Shown here in pieces: positions 32,136-42,267 of a stretch of 64,000 nucleotides of DNA. The notes under the pieces are model-generated. The model had not been told where the DNA came from, did no database searches, and saw only the letters and a program-made list of their open reading frames with translations. Origin of the DNA: Alphaproteobacteria bacterium (GTDB lineage: Bacteria > Pseudomonadota > Alphaproteobacteria > MPNO01 > UBA830). The position numbers and the translations under genes were made by a program. Within the stretch, counting starts at the first letter, position 1; every line of letters begins with the position of its first letter. The DNA is taken from NCBI GenBank assembly GCA_964291215.2, contig OZ219790.1, positions 384,001 to 448,000 on the forward strand. Direction: 5' to 3'.

Positions 32136-35100
32136 TCAGTCACTCAGAAGGTATTGCGTGACCAGAGCCCGCATGATGGCCTCACCTCGTCCGGAGAGCC
32201 GTCGAATGTCGACCTCCGACATCGCGGAGAAATCGGTCGGATAACGAATCACATCTTCTCTGTCGACCCAGTTGGCTGGCTTGAGCGGCACCCGCCGGTC
32301 GATCTGTCCGAGAGCGGCGTAGACGAAGCCGTCAATGCGTTCCGCCTTGGCGTGCTCGTGTAGGCGTTGCTTGGTCGCGTCCTGGACCTTTCGCATGATT
32401 GCGGAGACGACTTGGCTCATGCGCTTCGGCCAGCTGAGGGGGCGGATCTCGCCGGTGAACTGGCCGATCCCGGCGTCGCTTGCGATGATGATGTCGACGT
32501 CGTAGTCAATCGTGCTGATCCGGGGATCCCGGTCAGGTTCCATGACGGTAATGCCGAGGTTCTCGAAAACGCCGCCATCGGTCACGATGACCCGCTGCAT
32601 TTCGGTCTTGTCGTTTAGTTTGAACGGCCTTCTCCAGTCGAAGGGCGGAAGTAACGGCGGGTAAGCGGCCGAGGCTGCGACGGCGTCGGCCACGCGAAGT
32701 TCTCTGGCCGGAGCCCATCCATACCGGTAGGAGCCGAAGCGTTGGTTGCTCATGCGGAAGGCAGTGCCGGTTCGAAGCTCACACGCGTTGAAGACGATCA
32801 ACTTGTGCTGACGGGTGGGTGCATCGCATTTCTGCGGGCCGACCACGTCGGCAATGGCGTCGGCCAACACATGCGTTAGCGAGTAGCGGCGTCGGATGGG
32901 CCACGAGGTGCGGGACAGCGCGGCGCATGCACTGCGGAGACCCGGGAAGAGCGAGGCGACACGACTCGCCGACCCGGTGAGGAGGTCGACAAGGAGCGTT
33001 GGGAAGGCGACGAAGACGAAGTTCCATACAAGGGGCGCAGCGCGCGCGGGATGGATGAGTTTCACGAGTCCCGGCACTACCAGGCCCCGGCGAAGGAACT
33101 GGACGATGTTGCGATCTATGTCGACGAACGGTGCTTCGGTATAGCCGAGCCTCCCGGTCATGACGGCCCCACCCGACACGCCGGAGATCACGTCGACCTC
33201 ATTGAGCAAGTTCAGGTCTTCGAGCGCGCGCAAGGCGCCAAGGTGAAACGCAACGGCGCGTGATCCGCCGCCAGAGAGTGCCAGACCGATCACCTTGTCG
33301 AGCGCCGCGACGGGAGGCGGAGTGGTGATGCCGCCGCGGACCGAAAGGGCCAGCTCGGTTTCGGTATCAAGCGCGGCGAGTTTCTGTTTCTGGAATGTGT
33401 AGACTCCGAGTTCCGGTTGCGTACGGACCGCGTGGCCGACGATCGCCATCAAATGATGGGCGCCGTCATCAGGAGCCGCTGTAAAGATGTCGGTGATGCC
33501 CAGGTAGTCGGTGAAGCTGGGTTGGGCACTACCGACCGGATGGGAATGCCAGGTGCCGATGTAGCGAACGATACCGTCGGTGCGCGCGCGGTAGTCCTCG
33601 CACAGCTCCCTCGTGCCGTGCGTTCCGCAAACGAAGCCCTCGGGAGAGAAGGTGCTGTCGCGCGGGGGGCCGCTGACGTTGGTAATCCACGCGATTCCGA
33701 GGGTCTCGTCCAACTCGCCGAACAGCAGGCCGCCGGTCTCGTGCTCGGCGGAGCGTTCACGGGCGCCGGCGCGGACCCAGCCCGTCATGTCGCGCCAGGC
33801 GTTCATGGACATGCGGAAGTCGATTCCATCGGCGATCCAGCGCATGTCGGGTCGAAAGCGGAACCTGTGCTCGCGACGATGGGGAGAGCACGAAATGAGA
33901 AGACCGCTGGCTGCATCGTCCGGTTCGGCGAGGATTTGGGCGAGAGCGTTGAGGGCTTGGGCAGAGAGCGCGGCGACATCGGTATGCGACGCCACGAAGG
34001 TCGGATTGGAGCAGCCGGGCTCGGGTTGGCGGAGGCCGTCGATGGCCCCCTGGGTCCAGAAGGCTTCGGACCAGTCGCTCAGCCAGTCCCGCGCGATGGC
34101 GGCGATGCCGAGACGGCGAAGCGCGTCGAGGGGGCCGGCGCGGTATCCGGTTGGAGCGAGCACCGCAACCGCTTGGCGGGCGGTGGCGCTGATCATCAAG
34201 GTCGCAATGGGAGCCTGGCGCTCGTGCTCCTTGAGCAGCGCCTCGAGCTTGCTGCGCACCTGCAGAGACGCGGTCGCGTCGATGATGAGGTCGGCATCCG
34301 CGTCCCAGTCCGGTTCGGCGAGGGTGTGCGAGATGAGGTCCTCGGACCGGGTCGTGACCTGAAGTCCGGGGGCGATGGATTGCAGACGCCCGGCAAGCGC
34401 CGCGGCCTTGGGCTCATTGGCGTCGAGTGCGGAGAAATTCTGCCGTATCAGCAGACTGGGAGCGACACGGCCTCGATCGAAGAGCTTGAGTTGGGACACA
34501 CCGGCGCGTACGAGATGTTCGGCGATGAGCCCGCCGATCGCCCCGCAGCCCCAGAGCGCAACGCGCTTGCCGCGAAACCAGTCCATCGATGTGCCCTCGT
34601 CGCGCCGAGTGATGACTTCGGGCCGGTTCTCAATCACATGACACCATCGTACACGGGCTTCCTTCCTCCAGGTAAACAAGGTGCCGAGGATGGTGTCGCT
34701 CAATGCCTGTATGGCAGCGGGAGTGTCCTGTCCTTTGTAGCGGTTGCTGAATTGGCAGGCGATGGATGCGGCGCGCAGCTTGGCGACGTCCCCCGGCTCA
34801 ATTTCCCAGAAGGTGAGGTGCTGGTTTCGTTGTGCGGGGTCGCCAGCGATGCCGCGCGACGGCGCACCGATGCCGATGTAGAGTGAGGTGCTATCGGGGA
34901 TCCGCTCGGAAGCGACCATCATGTGGGCAAGGAAGCGGTAGCCCAGACGTCCCTTGGCCTCCAGGTAGTCGAAAAGGTATCGTACTTTGCGCGGGTACTC
35001 GAACGGAAGCTCGAAGTTCAGCAGCACGGTCGGCGCAAACGGCATGTGGTCGGGGAGCGCATGCAGGGGGATCCACGCCTGGACTTCGAGAAGGGCCGGT

Positions 35101-35636
35101 TTGGGCTCATGGAGGGTGGCGGCGCCGAACCATGGCCAGGTATCACGAGCCGGGGTGTCGGCGTTGACGCAGATCGTAGTTGTGGCAACCGGGTAGGTGA
35201 CCGGCGGGTGCAGGGGTCCCTCGGGATCGTCGAGCTCGTTTCGCGCTCCGCGTCGAAACCACTCGTCGATCTGCGCCAAGAACCCGAACATGCCTTGGGA
35301 GGGGATCCACTGGGTCTCGGTGGACAGATAAACGCAGAGACGGGTTCCCCACTGCACATGGCCGAAGCCGTGGAACCGGGAATGGGGGGTGTCGACCGAC
35401 GGCGAACTGAATGGAAAATCCGCCGGCACCGAAAGCGTGATGCCTTCTCGGTCGTGCAGCGGAAGGCCTCCCTCGACACGCGGGTAGTGCGTGCAGTCGA
35501 GCGAGATATCGACGTTCAGATAAGCGCCGGGAGCCGGGTCATCGTCGATACCGACGATCCGGATGGGAGATCGGTGCGTATTGGCGATACGCCGGAGTTG
35601 GGTGAGGGCAATCCGTTGCCCTTCACTTATTGCCAC
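32136..35636 (-). CDS. Four-domain fusion: E2-like / ThiF E1 / JAB protease / patatin phospholipase
   Basis: E2: FPFSSP..HVQWGTRLCVY. E1: WGCGAIGG, FDRG, LIRQ, IIDATA, PEPGC. JAB: ETGG..GTWHSHP..PSFTD. Patatin: LSGGGSRA, GVSGG, DGG. One uninterrupted 1166-aa frame. Confidence 0.88.
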   Translation of the reverse strand: MAISEGQRIALTQLRRIANTHRSPIRIVGIDDDPAPGAYLNVDISLDCTHYPRVEGGLPLHDREGITLSVPADFPFSSPSVDTPHSRFHGFGHVQWGTRLCVYLSTETQWIPSQGMFGFLAQIDEWFRRGARNELDDPEGPLHPPVTYPVATTTICVNADTPARDTWPWFGAATLHEPKPALLEVQAWIPLHALPDHMPFAPTVLLNFELPFEYPRKVRYLFDYLEAKGRLGYRFLAHMMVASERIPDSTSLYIGIGAPSRGIAGDPAQRNQHLTFWEIEPGDVAKLRAASIACQFSNRYKGQDTPAAIQALSDTILGTLFTWRKEARVRWCHVIENRPEVITRRDEGTSMDWFRGKRVALWGCGAIGGLIAEHLVRAGVSQLKLFDRGRVAPSLLIRQNFSALDANEPKAAALAGRLQSIAPGLQVTTRSEDLISHTLAEPDWDADADLIIDATASLQVRSKLEALLKEHERQAPIATLMISATARQAVAVLAPTGYRAGPLDALRRLGIAAIARDWLSDWSEAFWTQGAIDGLRQPEPGCSNPTFVASHTDVAALSAQALNALAQILAEPDDAASGLLISCSPHRREHRFRFRPDMRWIADGIDFRMSMNAWRDMTGWVRAGARERSAEHETGGLLFGELDETLGIAWITNVSGPPRDSTFSPEGFVCGTHGTRELCEDYRARTDGIVRYIGTWHSHPVGSAQPSFTDYLGITDIFTAAPDDGAHHLMAIVGHAVRTQPELGVYTFQKQKLAALDTETELALSVRGGITTPPPVAALDKVIGLALSGGGSRAVAFHLGALRALEDLNLLNEVDVISGVSGGAVMTGRLGYTEAPFVDIDRNIVQFLRRGLVVPGLVKLIHPARAAPLVWNFVFVAFPTLLVDLLTGSASRVASLFPGLRSACAALSRTSWPIRRRYSLTHVLADAIADVVGPQKCDAPTRQHKLIVFNACELRTGTAFRMSNQRFGSYRYGWAPARELRVADAVAASAAYPPLLPPFDWRRPFKLNDKTEMQRVIVTDGGVFENLGITVMEPDRDPRISTIDYDVDIIIASDAGIGQFTGEIRPLSWPKRMSQVVSAIMRKVQDATKQRLHEHAKAERIDGFVYAALGQIDRRVPLKPANWVDREDVIRYPTDFSAMSEVDIRRLSGRGEAIMRALVTQYLLSD

Positions 35637-36780
35637 GACCGAATCCGACCGCGACGGCAGGCGGCGACGCGGCGACGCCGCCGACAGCCTTCAGCACCTC
35701 GCTCATGGAGCTGCTCGATTGTGTGTCGCCAACATATGCGAAACCGTTCCGGTCGACCTCGAAGATGATCGGCTTGGGATTCTTGCGGTTCGGGTGTTCG
35801 TGGGTGCACAGGAAGGCGTTGGCGACGATGCGTTCGTACTGTCTCTTCGCCTTGGCGTGAGGTGGGTTGTCGCCCGGGTCGTTGCGTGTCGGCACAGGTT
35901 CGGAACTCGAGACGACATGTCCCGGGTTGAGGGCTGCGGCAGCGATCTCGCGAACGATATGCTCCTTTAGGGTCTCGTCGCTGTCCCCCTCTTCCTTCCA
36001 GTACATGGCGGACTTCGAGCAATGATGCGGGGCGAGCAGCACATTCCAGGCGAGTGTCGTGCGGATACTTCGGTGGAAGATTCGCCGGATGACGGGATAG
36101 CTGAGGTCCCCCATGAGCAGTGCCCGGCCAGCGTGGTTGCCATTGTAGAGCGAGACCTGGAAGGCGAGGCTGCAGTCGTTGCGGTCACCGAAGCTGTCCT
36201 CGCGAAACGGGGCGTGGACAAACGCCTCGAACCGATTGGAGAGATCCTCACCGTCCAGTGTCGTAATGGTCTTACCGGGAATGGTCAGGAACTGCGCGGG
36301 GAAGCCACGAAACTCGCGTTCGCACAGAAGGTCGTCGTAGCCGATGATGCGAATGCGGTTACCCCGGCCGGGGTCGCCGCCCGCCCGGATAGCGGCTTGG
36401 ACGCGACGCATGGCCTCATCGTGAAAGGCTTGTGCGTCGTCGCAAAGGTCGTCGCCCTCCATGAATTCGCGAAAGGTGCGCGGCGACATCCAGAGTTCGG
36501 AGACGATGACGCGGCGTTTCAACTCCTCGAAGCCCTGGCAATGGTCGAGATCGGGATGGCTAAGTCCGAACACCGACAGGTATGGCGTGCCGCTGAGTCT
36601 CGGAAGGATACGTATGAGCTCGTCGATGACCGGCCAGGCGGGGTCGCTGCGGTTTCCCGCCTTGGCCATGTGCCGAAGGTCGATTTGAAGGTAAACCGTT
36701 TCTGTTACTCGAATGGTCGTGCTGTCGCCCGTGCCGACGGGCCAGAAGATGAAGCCCTGATCAGGTGGTTTGATGGCCAT
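35623..36780 (-). CDS. MBL-fold (ComEC-like) hydrolase with GFG-containing C-terminal tail
   Basis: VGTGDS, SHPDLDHCQG, NDCS, LMGD and APHHCS motifs; ends PPAVAVGFGRGNK. Overlaps the next gene by 14 bp. Confidence 0.85.
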   Translation of the reverse strand: MAIKPPDQGFIFWPVGTGDSTTIRVTETVYLQIDLRHMAKAGNRSDPAWPVIDELIRILPRLSGTPYLSVFGLSHPDLDHCQGFEELKRRVIVSELWMSPRTFREFMEGDDLCDDAQAFHDEAMRRVQAAIRAGGDPGRGNRIRIIGYDDLLCEREFRGFPAQFLTIPGKTITTLDGEDLSNRFEAFVHAPFREDSFGDRNDCSLAFQVSLYNGNHAGRALLMGDLSYPVIRRIFHRSIRTTLAWNVLLAPHHCSKSAMYWKEEGDSDETLKEHIVREIAAAALNPGHVVSSSEPVPTRNDPGDNPPHAKAKRQYERIVANAFLCTHEHPNRKNPKPIIFEVDRNGFAYVGDTQSSSSMSEVLKAVGGVAASPPAVAVGFGRGNK

Positions 36781-37056
36781 GTTCCGCAATCCCCTTGGTT
36801 ATTATTGAAACCGAGCATACTGAGGAGAAACACTCGCCCAACACAAGATATGGGGGTAGCTGGGCTGATTTCAAGGCTTGGGCAAGCGGCACCGTTATGG
36901 CACGGGCCAAGTGACGCCCGGTATGGAGCTCGAGTGCGCTGACGGAAGACGAGCAGCGGGAGCGGCACGACGGCTTGCGGGAGGTGGGTGCCTTCGTGCC
37001 GGCGTTCCGGCTCGCGCTTCCAGGGGCAGCGTCCTTGGCCTGGCGGGGCGGTCTCA

Positions 37057-37407
37057 TCACCCGGTGTCATGGTGCGCGAGCGTGGACGGAGCGGTGAGAA
37101 TGTCCTCGGCAGGCCGCTCCGCATCGGGGTCCGGCACGATCGTCGAGATGAACTCCCGGATTTCCTCTACTTCGGCCTGGCGTCCGTTGGCGATGAGGTT
37201 CCGGGCGATGGCCTGGGCGGCGAACAGCGAGGCCCGGGCCATCTTGATTTCGGTCTCGGTACCGGGCCATTCGCGCCGGTCGAGGGCCTCGATGGCGAGG
37301 TCGACGACGAGCCGATTGGGCGAAACCTGCCGCTCCCTTGCCGCCGTTTCGATACGCTTCCACTGGTCTGCGGTGACCCGGATGTTCTTCTGAAGTGACG
37401 ATGCCAT
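37057..37407 (-). CDS. Small ribbon-helix-helix-like plasmid/ICE protein
   Basis: KNIRVTADQWKRIETAARERQVSPNRLVVDLAIEAL fits a beta-alpha-alpha pattern. Confidence 0.55.
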   Translation of the reverse strand: MASSLQKNIRVTADQWKRIETAARERQVSPNRLVVDLAIEALDRREWPGTETEIKMARASLFAAQAIARNLIANGRQAEVEEIREFISTIVPDPDAERPAEDILTAPSTLAHHDTG

Positions 37408-37820
37408 GCGGTTTCACTCGTTCTTGCGTGTGGATTCGCGAGAGTTCCGGTTCCGGTTCTTTCAGATCCCCGGGTCCGCGCTGCCCCCGGTCGTTCGGCG
37501 TGGCGGGGCGAAGTCGCGGGCGAACGCGGCCTCCGGACAGCTACCGGACCGGTAGCTGTCATGGTGCAGCGTATGCGAGGCCGATATCAGACTGGTAGTT
37601 TCGCAGGAGCAAGTCCATATCCAGCGGGGGCGGAAGGCGCCGCCATGTCTGACGGAGTGCGGCGGGGCGGCGCCCAACCTCCTGATATCGCGCATGTGTT
37701 TGCGGCAAACACGGGAGCTACCAATCCGGTGCGACCTTTCCCGGCGTGACAGGAGCGGACAGTCCTGCGCCCGCCCGCGGCATGGGCAGCCAGCAGCGGA
37801 CACGGGCAGCCATGGCAACG

Positions 37821-37847
37821 CCTGCATCAAGGATGCGTCGGGTGTGA
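37821..37847. repeat. 27-bp dispersed repeat, copy 1
   Basis: CCTGCATCAAGGATGCGTCGGGTGTGA; 26/27 identical to 63807-63833. Confidence 0.8.
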
Positions 37848-38660
37848 CGGTAAAACTCCGAACGGAGTCGAGATCGGGCGAGGTTGCCCTGCACACCACC
37901 ATCGCCTGAAACGCCGGCGTCACAAGGGACGGGAGCCGTCGCGGCGATTGAGCGAGACGACCGGTCCGCGATCTTCGGGCGCGTTCCGCGTTGTCGTCCG
38001 GTCGCAGAGGTAACAGAACGCGGCGCGGCGTGCAAACGGCGGAGGGCAGTCTTCACACATGGCGCACCGGAGCCGGCGGCGTTACCTCGGCGACACGGGC
38101 GCCGCCGCACATGTTCCGCGGAGCCGAAGGACGCCGCGCACATGTTACCGCGATACAGGCGTGCTGGACGAAAGCGGGGCTGTTCAGGGTGATCGCGTGC
38201 TGCTCACACATTGCCGCAGACGCAGACGGGGATGGCGCACCCGTTACCGCGGCGTCGGCCGCGCGGGTGCGGTGACGGTTGCGATAGCCGTTGCGATCGG
38301 AGGCGCCGACGGCGGCGCCTGCACGACTGCGGGCAGCGGTGCGAAGCACGGTGTCGTGCCGGTCCGGCAGCAGCGCCGGCAGTGGGCGGGTCAGCAGTGC
38401 CTGCGGCCCTGCGCCGGGCTCGGCGCAGCCCGCGATGCACCCATGCGCAGCATGGTGCAGCGGCGCGTGATGCGGCAGCCCCGGATCGCAGTCCGGGGCA
38501 GGTGCCGCAACGGCGAGCGGCGAGCGACAGCGAGCCGGAGCACGAACGCGGCGCGGAGCGCGCGCGAGGTGTCGGCGGCGCAGCGCGACGGGTGTGCGCA
38601 TACGGAGACGGACCGCGCCGCCGCCGGAGCGGAGACGACGCGGCCCGTGGGTGCTGCGTG

Positions 38661-39281
38661 TCAGGCGGGGCAGCGCATGACCGGGATGCCGAGGCTGCGG
38701 GCCTTGTCGACGAGGTTGTCGGTGATGCCGGAGCCGGGGAAGGCGATGACGCCCTTCGGCAGGAGGTTGAGCAGGTCGTCGTTGCGGCGGAAGGGGGCGG
38801 CGCGACCGTGGCGGTCCCAGTCGGGCTTGCAGACGACCTGGTGGACGCCGTTGCGCTCGGCCCAGCTTGCGGCGATCTTCTCGACGCCGGGGCCGCCGCC
38901 ATGGACGAGGACGAGGTCGGCATACTTGGCGCGGACCTTGTCGAGGCGCTCGATGACGGCCGCCGGGTTTGCGATGTCCTTTCCGCCTGCGATGGCGACG
39001 AGGGTTCCCTGGGGCAGGTGGGCCTGTGTCTTGCGGTCCTTTCGGGCGCGGACGAAGTCGCGGGCGTCGATGGCTGCGGAGGTCAGATGTCCGGTCTGGC
39101 TGGCGTGGCTGCCGCGCCGGGGCCGCCATGTGTTGCCGGTGACGGTGCGGTAGGCTTCGGCGGCCTCGTCGCGGAGAGCCTCGAAGGCGTCGCGTCGGTC
39201 GCCGAAGAGTGCGGCGTTGTCGCAGACGATCGCGGTTGCGGACTGCGCGGCGGTCTTGATGGTGTCGGTATGGAAGGTCAT
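38661..39281 (-). CDS. DUF2493 / YspA-like SLOG-domain protein
   Basis: VAIAGG..LVHGGGPGVE..PDWDRHGRAAPFRRN..IAFPGSG. Confidence 0.8.
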   Translation of the reverse strand: MTFHTDTIKTAAQSATAIVCDNAALFGDRRDAFEALRDEAAEAYRTVTGNTWRPRRGSHASQTGHLTSAAIDARDFVRARKDRKTQAHLPQGTLVAIAGGKDIANPAAVIERLDKVRAKYADLVLVHGGGPGVEKIAASWAERNGVHQVVCKPDWDRHGRAAPFRRNDDLLNLLPKGVIAFPGSGITDNLVDKARSLGIPVMRCPA

Positions 39282-39362
39282 GTCGTTTTCCTTTCGGTTT
39301 TCACGTTCGGGGCCGATCCCCGTTGTGATGTCCTGTCGGGACACGCGCGCGGACCGCAGCCA

Positions 39363-39496
39363 CCGGGGCCGGAATGAATGGCCTGGCGGGATGCGCGAGT
39401 GGTGCGGGCGCACAAGCGAGCGCAGCAAGCGCGGAGCCACGGTCGCGCATTCCGCTAGGCCCAGGCGCGCCCGCGCCGTTTCATTCCGAGTCCCGG
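39363..39496. promoter_or_regulatory. Long imperfect hairpin upstream of DUF2493, candidate single-strand (Frpo/ssi-like) element
   Basis: GGAATGAA pairs with TTCATTCC; 39380-39398 pairs with 39443-39461 with two G-T wobbles. Confidence 0.5.
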
Positions 39497-39667
39497 CCGG
39501 AACGGAGCGCGAGCGGAGTGGAGGACCCCGCAGGGGTTGGCGGAGGGAGCCCGTGTGGCACAATGGGACAGCACAGCACCCGGCCAATTCTCTCGCCCTG
39601 CACGGACCCCATCGGCGGTTCGGCCGGCACGGTGCCGGAGCGGGAGGCGCCGTTGCCCGCCCTTGCG

Positions 39668-39895
39668 TCAGTTCCACAGGGGATGGGAGTCGACCCGCTG
39701 CCGGGCGACCTCGCGGATGCGGGTGCGGTCGTGGAGATACACCGGCCCGCGCGGGTCCTCGTCGAGATGTATGGCGAACACCCTGCGCCCCGGCCGGGTG
39801 CTGTCGTCGAAGGCGTGGACGTCGCCGACATGGTCGCCGTCCCGGTAGATGCGGGATTCGTCGGGGGCGATGCGGCGAAAGGTGATGGTGCTCAT
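39668..39895 (-). CDS. Small hypothetical leading-region protein
   Basis: MSTITFRRIAPDESRIY.. (75 aa) with a GGAG RBS; co-oriented with ssb. Confidence 0.6.
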   Translation of the reverse strand: MSTITFRRIAPDESRIYRDGDHVGDVHAFDDSTRPGRRVFAIHLDEDPRGPVYLHDRTRIREVARQRVDSHPLWN

Positions 39896-40021
39896 CGGGT
39901 TCTCCGGGTAGCGTGACGGGTGCGCGAGCGGGCTCCCTCTCCTCCTCGCGCGGTTCACCCGCTTTCCAGCCTCGCTCCCACTCCCGTATGCGCCGCGGCG
40001 AGACTCGAACCTGCCCGCATG

Positions 40022-40052
40022 AGAAAAGGGCCGGCGCGCGAGGCGCCGACCC
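40022..40052 (-). terminator. Probable terminator after ssb
   Basis: Minus strand: GGGTCGGCGC-CTCGC-GCGCCGGCCC followed by TTTTC. Confidence 0.55.
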
Positions 40053-40077
40053 TGTGGGGAGGGAAGAACGGGAAGCT

Positions 40078-40524
40078 CTAGAACGGGATATGGTTCCCAT
40101 CCATCGGGTCGCCACCGGCCGGCGCGGCGCCGCCCGCCGCGTCCGGGCCGGGCTGCCCGGCGTTGCCGTTCGCCTTGTCGAGGAACTGGACGCGCCCGCC
40201 GGGCACGAGCAGGATCTCGGTCGAGAAGCGGTCCGAGTCCTCGCCCGGCTTCGACCAGCGCCGGGTCTGGAGCTTGCCATCGATGTAGACCAGCCGGCCT
40301 TTCGTGGCGTGCCTGGCGAGCATGTCGATCAGCCCGTCCTGGAAGGTCACGACCCGGTGCCACTCGGTCCTGTCGATCCGCTCGCCGCTGCCGTTCCGGT
40401 CGATGTAGCTCTCGTCGGTGGCAACGCTCAGATTGGCGACGCGGCCGCCGTTCTGCAGGTGGTTGATGGTGACGTCCGCACCGAGGCGGCCGATGATCTG
40501 CGCCTTGTTCAGTCCGAAGCTCAT
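40078..40524 (-). CDS. ssb: Single-stranded DNA-binding protein (mobile-element type)
   Basis: LNKAQIIGRLG, TEWHRVV, KGRLVYIDGKLQTRRW and C-terminal IPF. Confidence 0.95.
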   Translation of the reverse strand: MSFGLNKAQIIGRLGADVTINHLQNGGRVANLSVATDESYIDRNGSGERIDRTEWHRVVTFQDGLIDMLARHATKGRLVYIDGKLQTRRWSKPGEDSDRFSTEILLVPGGRVQFLDKANGNAGQPGPDAAGGAAPAGGDPMDGNHIPF

Positions 40525-41014
40525 TGCGATACTCCTTCAGGTTCGCGTTGATGACGATGGGTTGCGAACGGACGGGGCCGGGGTCACTCCCCCGAACCCC
40601 CGCCCGTTCAATCTCTTCAGGCCCTCCTCTACCCCTGACCGCCCGGAGAGAACGACGACGCCGGTTCCGGGAAGAGGCTTGCGAAGCCGTGTTCCGGACA
40701 GGCCGCGCCCCGGTCGGGACAGCGGATGGCGCGCTCGTCCCCGGCGATCTCGCGGACGGTGCGACGCCGAGTTCGGCGAGCAGGTCGCAGCCGAGCGGAA
40801 GGTCGAGGGGTGTATCGGGATGGAACATGGGCGGGGTCTCCTTTGCCGTTGCCCTGCGACCTGTGCCGGACATCGATCCGGCATCGGCGGGGAGTCCTCT
40901 CCTCCGCCCTGCCGGACACTCGCCCGGCAGGCGCTTCACCCCTCTCCACGACACAGGGACGGCGCGGCGGATCGCGGCCAGGCGAGCGCCGCCATCGCCG
41001 CCCGGGACAGCATG

Positions 41015-41857
41015 TCAGATCCAGGCGGTGAAGGAGGCGGTGACGGGGGCGTCGGCGACAATCTCGACGCGGTTGCGGTCGAGCTTCCCGAAGGCGAGGC
41101 AGAGGGCGACATCGGCCGGATCGTCGAACGGACCGTGCTCGCGGCCGGTCTCCAGTTCGATCACGGTCCAGACCGGCTCGTGGACCGGGGTGCCCCTGAA
41201 ATGCGCCGAGCCTTGATACGACCTCTCGGCACAGGGCGCACAGCGCGCCGCCCCCTGTGACGGCGCCCCGCAGGCCGTGCACAGGCCGGCGGCCCGGCGT
41301 CGGGCGTACAACTGCCGCGAGCGTGCGTTCTTGCGCTCCGGGTTATGGCTGGCCTCCTCGATGGCGGCGCAGGGGCCGCAGCGCGAGAGGCCGGCCGGCT
41401 GCCCGCAGCGTGTGCAGCGGCCCCCGGCCCTGCGTTCGTCATATTGCCGCCGTTCCGCCGCCTGCCTCCTGTCCCGGCAGGGCTGGCAGGTGGTTCCGCA
41501 CTCGACGGGGGGACGCCTGCCGCAGCGGATGCAGAGGCCGGCCTCGGCCCTTGCCTTCTGGCGGCGCCTGCTCTTGAGGCGGGCGGCCTTGCGTTTCGCC
41601 TCCGCATTGGCGCCGCCATAGGGCAGCCCGGCGGCCTTGCAGGCGGCGTAGCGGGCGCGGTCGTCGGCGCGGCGTTTCTCCAGGCACGGCTCGCACGACG
41701 CGCGGCCCTCCACGGCCGGCGCATTGCCGCAGCGCGGACACCGGCCTTGGGCGATACGCGATGCGGTGCGCCGGGCGATACGCGATGCGGTGCGCCGGGC
41801 GATACGCTCGCGGTCGCGGGCCTTGCGGACTTCCGGTTCCCGGCAAGCCATTGCCAT
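41015..41857 (-). CDS. Basic protein with four CxxC..CxxC zinc-finger repeats
   Basis: CPRC/CEPC, CIRC/CQPC, CTRC/CGPC and CTAC/CAPC separated by Arg-rich helices. Confidence 0.75.
   Translation of the reverse strand: MAMACREPEVRKARDRERIARRTASRIARRTASRIAQGRCPRCGNAPAVEGRASCEPCLEKRRADDRARYAACKAAGLPYGGANAEAKRKAARLKSRRRQKARAEAGLCIRCGRRPPVECGTTCQPCRDRRQAAERRQYDERRAGGRCTRCGQPAGLSRCGPCAAIEEASHNPERKNARSRQLYARRRAAGLCTACGAPSQGAARCAPCAERSYQGSAHFRGTPVHEPVWTVIELETGREHGPFDDPADVALCLAFGKLDRNRVEIVADAPVTASFTAWI
41749..41807. repeat. 24-bp in-frame tandem repeat (~2.4 copies)
   Basis: Unit GGGCGATACGCGATGCGGTGCGCC encodes RIARRTAS on the minus strand. Confidence 0.85.
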
Positions 41858-41937
41858 TCTCCCGGTGGATGATGCGGGTTCGGGCGGGAGACACCCGGCC
41901 GGCGGCGGGCCGGCCGGACGTCCGGCGAGGCGGGCGG

Positions 41938-42267
41938 TCAGCCGCGCTGGCGGCGGTCGATGCCGAAGCCCATGGCGTGGACGCCCCAGTACTGCACCCC
42001 GCCGCGGGAGCGCAGGCCGGTACACACGATGATCTCGTTGCGCGCCGGGCGCATCTCCTTCACTGCCTTCAGCGTGGCGGTGGCCGGCTTCGCGCCGCGC
42101 CGGGCACCCTTCGGGGCGGTGTCGTCATGGCAACGGCGAATGTCGCCGTCCACCATGGCGCGAAAGCGTTCGACGGCGTAGCGTTCGCCGTCTTTCAGGC
42201 CGCCGTTGAAGAAGTGGATGAGGAAGGTCGTGTCGGTGTTGCCGGGCCTCGGGATTGCGGATGTCAT
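41938..42267 (-). CDS. Hypothetical protein
   Basis: 109-aa ORF with a GGAGG RBS, first gene of the co-oriented leading-region cluster. Confidence 0.55.
   Translation of the reverse strand: MTSAIPRPGNTDTTFLIHFFNGGLKDGERYAVERFRAMVDGDIRRCHDDTAPKGARRGAKPATATLKAVKEMRPARNEIIVCTGLRSRGGVQYWGVHAMGFGIDRRQRG

Noticed and set aside
32136-36780. CBASS or Pycsar system
   Set aside because: No CD-NTase or cyclase motifs nearby; the partner is an MBL-fold protein.
41749-41807. CRISPR-like repeats
   Set aside because: Contiguous in-frame coding tandem repeat with no spacers. No CRISPR array, cas, tRNA or rRNA gene was recognised in the window.
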